From the NCBI GenBank assembly GCA_018238155.1, contig JABCTZ010000043.1, forward strand, positions 1 to 10,685: DNA of 10,685 bases, read 5' to 3'. The position numbers were made by a program, and so were the translations under genes. This document shows positions 7,206 to 10,685 of the stretch, piece after piece (within the stretch, counting starts at the first letter, position 1; every line of letters starts with the position of its first letter). Source of the stretch: Candidatus Heimdallarchaeota archaeon. Lineage in GTDB: Archaea > Asgardarchaeota > Heimdallarchaeia > JABLTI01. A model generated the notes under the pieces. That model was not told the origin of the DNA, searched no databases, and saw nothing but the letters and a program-made list of their open reading frames with translations.

Positions 7206-8863
7206 GTAAAATGATAGAATGTATTGACCTAATGAAAATCTATTCAGATGATGAACGAAATATACAAGTACCAGCTTTGCGTGGGTGTGATCTTAAAATA
7301 GACAAAGGCCAAGTTGTTTCTATAATTGGTCCTAGTGGATCTGGAAAGTCCACTCTGATTAACATTCTTGCAGGTTTGGAAACAAAAACTAGTGGTAGTG
7401 TTTCTGTATCAGGTTATTCACTTGAAGCTTTAACCCCCAAAGAATTAAGGTTCTTTCGATTGAAAAAAATTGGTCTTGTTGACCAGTTTCCAGAAAGGAC
7501 ACTCTTTCTGAATACTACAGTAAAAAACAATTTACTATTTTTCCGAACATTGACACATTTTCAAACAAATATTAACGATAGGCAAATACAAATGATTTTG
7601 GAAAAATTGTCTATTTGCCATTTAAAAACCAGAAAAATTAACACCCTTTCTGGAGGAGAAATGGTACGTGTTGCTCTTGCTTGTGCTTTGGCAAAAAATG
7701 TGCCCGTATTACTCTGCGATGAACCTACAGGTCAACTTGATAGTAAAAATACTCAAGCTGTTAAGGAATTACTGCATAAAATAGCTCAAGAATTCGAAAC
7801 AACTATACTTGTTGTTACGCATGATTGCCGATTTATTGAAGGCATGGATAAAACATTTGAGATAATTGATGGACGATTAGCATCAATTACTTCTCAAAAA
7901 GATACTAAAGAAAACAAAGCACAATTTCCATTGAAAATTAAAAGCTATATAGATTCTACAAAGCATACAAGGATACCTGATGTAATTACTGAATCACTTG
8001 ATTTAGAATCTGAGATTGAATTCATTATTGGAGAAACAGGTACTGTTAGCATAATACATCCAAATCACATCCCACCTAAGAAAATAGTATTAAATAAACC
8101 TAAGAAAATAGGAAAAGTATTGAAAGTTACTCCTCTAAATGAGAACTACTACAGCAATGAAAATACTGCCATTCAACTCCAAAATGTTTCCAAAATTTTT
8201 TCAACAAAAAAACAACAAATCTTAGCATTAGATGACATTAATTTAACTTTTTCAAAAAAAGAGTGTATTTTTCTTGTAGGACCGAGTGGATCTGGCAAAT
8301 CCTCTCTCCTTAATCTAATTGCTGGTCTAGAATCCCCAACAAAAGGAATTATCACTCTCCTAGGAAAACCAGTAAGTACGTTCAGTGACTTAAAGAAATC
8401 CCGATTTCGAAGGAAAAACATTGGGATGATTTCCCAACAAGGTAATTTACATCCATTTTTAACCGTTGAGGAAAACTTGTTCCTAAAGGAACTCTATGAT
8501 GGACAGACAATCACTCTAACATCTGATAGAAAGTCTAAATCTAGAAATTGTTTAATAAAATACAATATTAGTCATAAGCATGATTTCTTTCCAACGGAAA
8601 TATCTGGAGGAGAGTTACAGAGAGCTTCAATTGCAGTAGCACTTTATAACAAATTACCTATCCTTTTATTTGATGAACCAACTGCCAATCTTGACTCTTC
8701 TCTTGCTTTAACTCTCATTCGAGAAATTTTACAAATTCCTATACATACTAATTCTACACTAATAATTGCTACTCATGATTACTCAATAATAAATCAAGGA
8801 GCAAGAGTAATTGAATTAGTTGATGGTAAAATTAAGCAAGATGGATTGTTTAACAATAAATAA
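7202..8863 (+). CDS. ABC ATP-binding protein with two LolD/MacB-family NBDs separated by an AbrB/SpoVT-like segment (likely start ATG 7211)
   Basis: NBD1: GPSGSGKS, LSGGE, LLCDEPTGQLD, VVTHD. NBD2: GPSGSGKS, ISGGE, LLFDEPTANLD, IATHD. DEPTxxLD and SGGE are typical of the LolD/MacB/FtsE subfamily. Confidence 0.95.
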   Translation: MSKMIECIDLMKIYSDDERNIQVPALRGCDLKIDKGQVVSIIGPSGSGKSTLINILAGLETKTSGSVSVSGYSLEALTPKELRFFRLKKIGLVDQFPERTLFLNTTVKNNLLFFRTLTHFQTNINDRQIQMILEKLSICHLKTRKINTLSGGEMVRVALACALAKNVPVLLCDEPTGQLDSKNTQAVKELLHKIAQEFETTILVVTHDCRFIEGMDKTFEIIDGRLASITSQKDTKENKAQFPLKIKSYIDSTKHTRIPDVITESLDLESEIEFIIGETGTVSIIHPNHIPPKKIVLNKPKKIGKVLKVTPLNENYYSNENTAIQLQNVSKIFSTKKQQILALDDINLTFSKKECIFLVGPSGSGKSSLLNLIAGLESPTKGIITLLGKPVSTFSDLKKSRFRRKNIGMISQQGNLHPFLTVEENLFLKELYDGQTITLTSDRKSKSRNCLIKYNISHKHDFFPTEISGGELQRASIAVALYNKLPILLFDEPTANLDSSLALTLIREILQIPIHTNSTLIIATHDYSIINQGARVIELVDGKIKQDGLFNNK

Positions 8864-8888
8864 AAAAAAAGAACACTTAAAGTGTTCT
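8862..8888 (-). terminator. Hairpin plus U-tract terminator between convergent genes
   Basis: Perfect inverted repeat AGAACACTT-A-AAGTGTTCT (8870-8888) next to A9 (8862-8870). The A run reads as a U-tract after the hairpin on the minus strand, just downstream of the stop at 8893-8895. Confidence 0.7.
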
Positions 8889-8892
8889 ATTA

Positions 8893-9537
8893 TCAAGTTT
8901 GCATTGTAAAAGTAATTTGGCTTGTTGCTGTAGCTTTTACATTTCCACGATTTCTCATCTGAACTCTTGCTTGTACCTTAAGAGTGATATATGTTGGAAA
9001 TGGAGTAAGATAATATTCTTGCCAATTATGTGAATAGATTCTATATGAAGTCCCTGGTGTACTAATAGTGAATTCTCCTGTACTAGCTGGATTATTTGGA
9101 CTGATATAGGAAGCAGGTGTGTCACAGTTAATTAAAGCTTTCCAATTTTTATTACCTCCAGACCAACTATTACCTCCTTGTTTCAAATCAAACTTGATGT
9201 AAGAAATATAGAATTTGCTATTAGCTACATCTTTAAGTCCAACTGCTTTAACATCATCTATTGTCATCTCATATCTTTTGAACCAATAGCGGAATGAAAC
9301 CGTTTGCGAATTACCCTCTGGGGATTCCCAAGCCACCCAACCATTCATTGAAAAATGATTAGAATTCTGTTTATCTAGGAAATCTGGATTATAAATTATA
9401 ATTTCTTCCCATTCACCTTTATCACATGAATTTATGTCAATAAGTGAAAACATGGGCATTATACATAGCACAGTTACAAAAACCACTAATAGTGGTATCT
9501 TCGATTGTTTGATAATATTCAAAAATTTTCTCTCCAT
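8893..9537 (-). CDS. Hypothetical secreted protein (signal peptide, beta-rich aromatic/basic mature domain); probable start ATG 9537 (214 aa) rather than 9588
   Basis: MERKFLNIIKQSKIPLLVVFVTVLCIMPMFS gives a basic n-region plus hydrophobic h-region. No C-terminal TM. The longer start at 9588 would put a TATA-like box (9585-9578) inside the CDS. Confidence 0.8.
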   Translation of the reverse strand: MERKFLNIIKQSKIPLLVVFVTVLCIMPMFSLIDINSCDKGEWEEIIIYNPDFLDKQNSNHFSMNGWVAWESPEGNSQTVSFRYWFKRYEMTIDDVKAVGLKDVANSKFYISYIKFDLKQGGNSWSGGNKNWKALINCDTPASYISPNNPASTGEFTISTPGTSYRIYSHNWQEYYLTPFPTYITLKVQARVQMRNRGNVKATATSQITFTMQT

Positions 9538-9577
9538 TTCCTTTAAAGAAATGTTAATTATTATACGGAGAAAATTA

Positions 9578-9585
9578 TATTTAAG
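9578..9585 (-). promoter_or_regulatory. TATA-like box for the secreted-protein gene, possibly bidirectional
   Basis: CTTAAATA(TA) on the minus strand, 40 nt upstream of ATG 9537. On the plus strand the same site reads TTTAAG (9580-9585), about 30 nt before ATG 9611. Confidence 0.4.
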
Positions 9586-9610
9586 CATTGTTCTAATCTA
9601 TTTCTAATTA

Positions 9611-9846
9611 ATGTCGGTTAATTTTAATTCGCCCTATGGAATTCCAATGATATTTTTTGCATTCTCTTTGATTTGTTTAGTTGAAATGAGTAGTTTAAAA
9701 CAGAAATCTCAACTTTCCCTTATAACTTATAGCTTAAATGTATCAGTTGTCAAACTGGACTTCTAGCCCTTCAAGAAGACGTGACGGCCGAGTGTCAAAT
9801 ATGTGAAAATCAATTAGACTTTTCTCTAAGTGAACTCAACATTTGA
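9611..9846 (+). pseudogene. Frameshifted small membrane-anchored zinc-ribbon protein (TM + CxxC-x14-CxxC)
   Basis: Frame A 9611-9766: MSVNFNSPYGIPMIFFAFSLICLVEMSSLKQKSQLSLITYSL... Frame B 9733-9846 has no start codon before the first Cys and follows a TAG at 9730: LKCISCQTGLLALQEDVTAECQICENQLDFSLSELNI*. One extra A in TTAAATG (9734-9740) joins them into a 78-aa ORF. Confidence 0.5.
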
Positions 9847-9866
9847 TTTAATTTTGATTAGATAGG

Positions 9867-9874
9867 TTTAAATA
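9867..9874 (+). promoter_or_regulatory. Archaeal TATA box of the wHTH regulator gene
   Basis: TTTAAATA consensus match. SD-like GGTGTGA at 9925-9931, 7 nt before ATG 9939. Confidence 0.6.
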
Positions 9875-9881
9875 CAACTGC

Positions 9882-9927
9882 GGTTTAGTTTATACTAAAT
9901 GGTATCATTCAGTACTCACTAAATGGT
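9882..9927. promoter_or_regulatory. Tandem palindromic operator (CATTTAGT-N4-ACTAAATG consensus, two copies 24 bp apart)
   Basis: Site 1: ggTTTAGT-ttat-ACTAAATG (9882-9901). Site 2: CATTcAGT-actc-ACTAAATG (9906-9925). Exact direct repeat ACTAAATGGT at 9894 and 9918. Lies between the TATA box and the RBS. Confidence 0.65.
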
Positions 9928-9938
9928 GTGACTATAGC

Positions 9939-10682
9939 ATGAATTCCCAAGACCTCCAACCAGAAGAAAAGAAGAAATCCTTGTATACTTACTGGCACAA
10001 ATTGCCATATTTCATAACTATTGATTCGTCAATACATTCTCAGGTTGAAGAATCGGATGTTAGAAGTTTTATTATCAAATACATTCGAGATGGACTAGAG
10101 GATGAATTTGGCAAGAAAAATAATCTTAAACGAAGACATGCATTCACTGCTAAAGAACTGCATGCTGCCTATTCGGAAAAATTGAACGATCAGAAATATT
10201 CACAATCTAATTTTCATTTTCATATCAAGAGCCTTGTAAAAGATGGTTATCTTAAAGAGATTGTCAAAATCCTTGTAGGTCGACATTATAATACATATTA
10301 TGGGCGTACAGCAATTGCATTCATTGGTCAGTATGATGACATACTAACCTCATCAACAACTCAAGTTATGTTCGGGCCATTAAAGCAATTATTGAAAGAA
10401 ATGAATCCTGAATTAGACTCTGAAATGATCAATCAATTAATAGATGAAAATATACTATCAATGCAGGATTTCTATTACCGACTCTTTTCTTGGGTGGAAG
10501 ATAAGTATTCCTTACTCTATAAATCAAAAATCGATATTCAGAATTTTCTAAAAATTGTAGGTCATTATTCCTTCTTTCATAAGGAGTTTGGAAAAACCTC
10601 AGAGAAGATTGGCTCTTTACTTGATTTGGACGAGATCATGAGCTACGAACGATACCCGACTAAAAAAGAAAAATCAAAATGA
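9939..10682 (+). CDS. Winged helix-turn-helix (ArsR-like) transcriptional regulator with helical C-terminal domain
   Basis: 247 aa. RSFIIKYI...RHAFTAKEL (helix 2)...SQSNFHFHIKSLVKDGYL (recognition helix)...wing ending YYGRTA. Preceded by TATA, SD and a palindromic operator. Confidence 0.8.
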   Translation: MNSQDLQPEEKKKSLYTYWHKLPYFITIDSSIHSQVEESDVRSFIIKYIRDGLEDEFGKKNNLKRRHAFTAKELHAAYSEKLNDQKYSQSNFHFHIKSLVKDGYLKEIVKILVGRHYNTYYGRTAIAFIGQYDDILTSSTTQVMFGPLKQLLKEMNPELDSEMINQLIDENILSMQDFYYRLFSWVEDKYSLLYKSKIDIQNFLKIVGHYSFFHKEFGKTSEKIGSLLDLDEIMSYERYPTKKEKSK

Positions 10683-10685
10683 AAT

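Noticed and set aside
1434-8421. Short ORF-track calls on the minus strand (1434-1631, 1860-2051, 2694-2936, 4185-4409, 6397-6600, 7006-7191, 8173-8421)
   Set aside because: All are antisense shadows of long, motif-supported ABC genes and show no recognisable protein features.
7202-8863. Assigning gene symbols macB, lolD or ftsE, or calling it an ABC-F protein
   Set aside because: Subfamily motifs are LolD/MacB-like but orthology and function cannot be established. The motifs and the linked permeases argue against ABC-F.
9538-9588. N-terminal extension MLKYNFLRIIINISLKE of the secreted protein
   Set aside because: Overlaps a TATA-like box and displaces the signal peptide. ATG 9537 is the more plausible start.
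9691-9732. Slippery heptamer T TTA AAA (9694-9700) or amber readthrough as the route into the zinc-ribbon frame
   Set aside because: A -1 slip there meets TAG at 9730 before the cysteines. There is no evidence for TAG recoding in the window, since the long genes contain no in-frame TAG.
9790-9810. GAGTGTCAAATATGTG resembling an IS terminal inverted repeat
   Set aside because: No transposase, no inverted partner and no target-site duplication. The related copy at 1020 is in direct orientation.

Overview
AT-rich window that looks archaeal: TATA-box-like promoters, GGTGA/GAGTGA-type ribosome-binding sites, and a wHTH regulator resembling a family I associate with Heimdallarchaeia (Asgard assignment is inference). 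The core is a + strand type VII (MacB/FtsX/LolCDE superfamily) ABC operon. It has two paralogous ~955-959 aa FtsX-type permeases and one ATPase built from two LolD/MacB-type NBDs joined by an AbrB/SpoVT-like segment. No adaptor or binding-protein gene lies in the operon. Two signal-peptide-bearing beta-rich proteins flank it: a divergent partial gene missed by the ORF track, with a GOLD/emp24-like motif, and a convergent gene with a hairpin+U-tract terminator. At the right end are a frameshifted membrane-anchored CxxC-x14-CxxC zinc-ribbon ORF (also missed) and an ArsR-like wHTH regulator preceded by a tandem palindromic operator. The ~1 kb divergent intergenic region carries six same-strand copies of TWACTTGA. 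I saw no rRNA, tRNA, CRISPR array or transposase.
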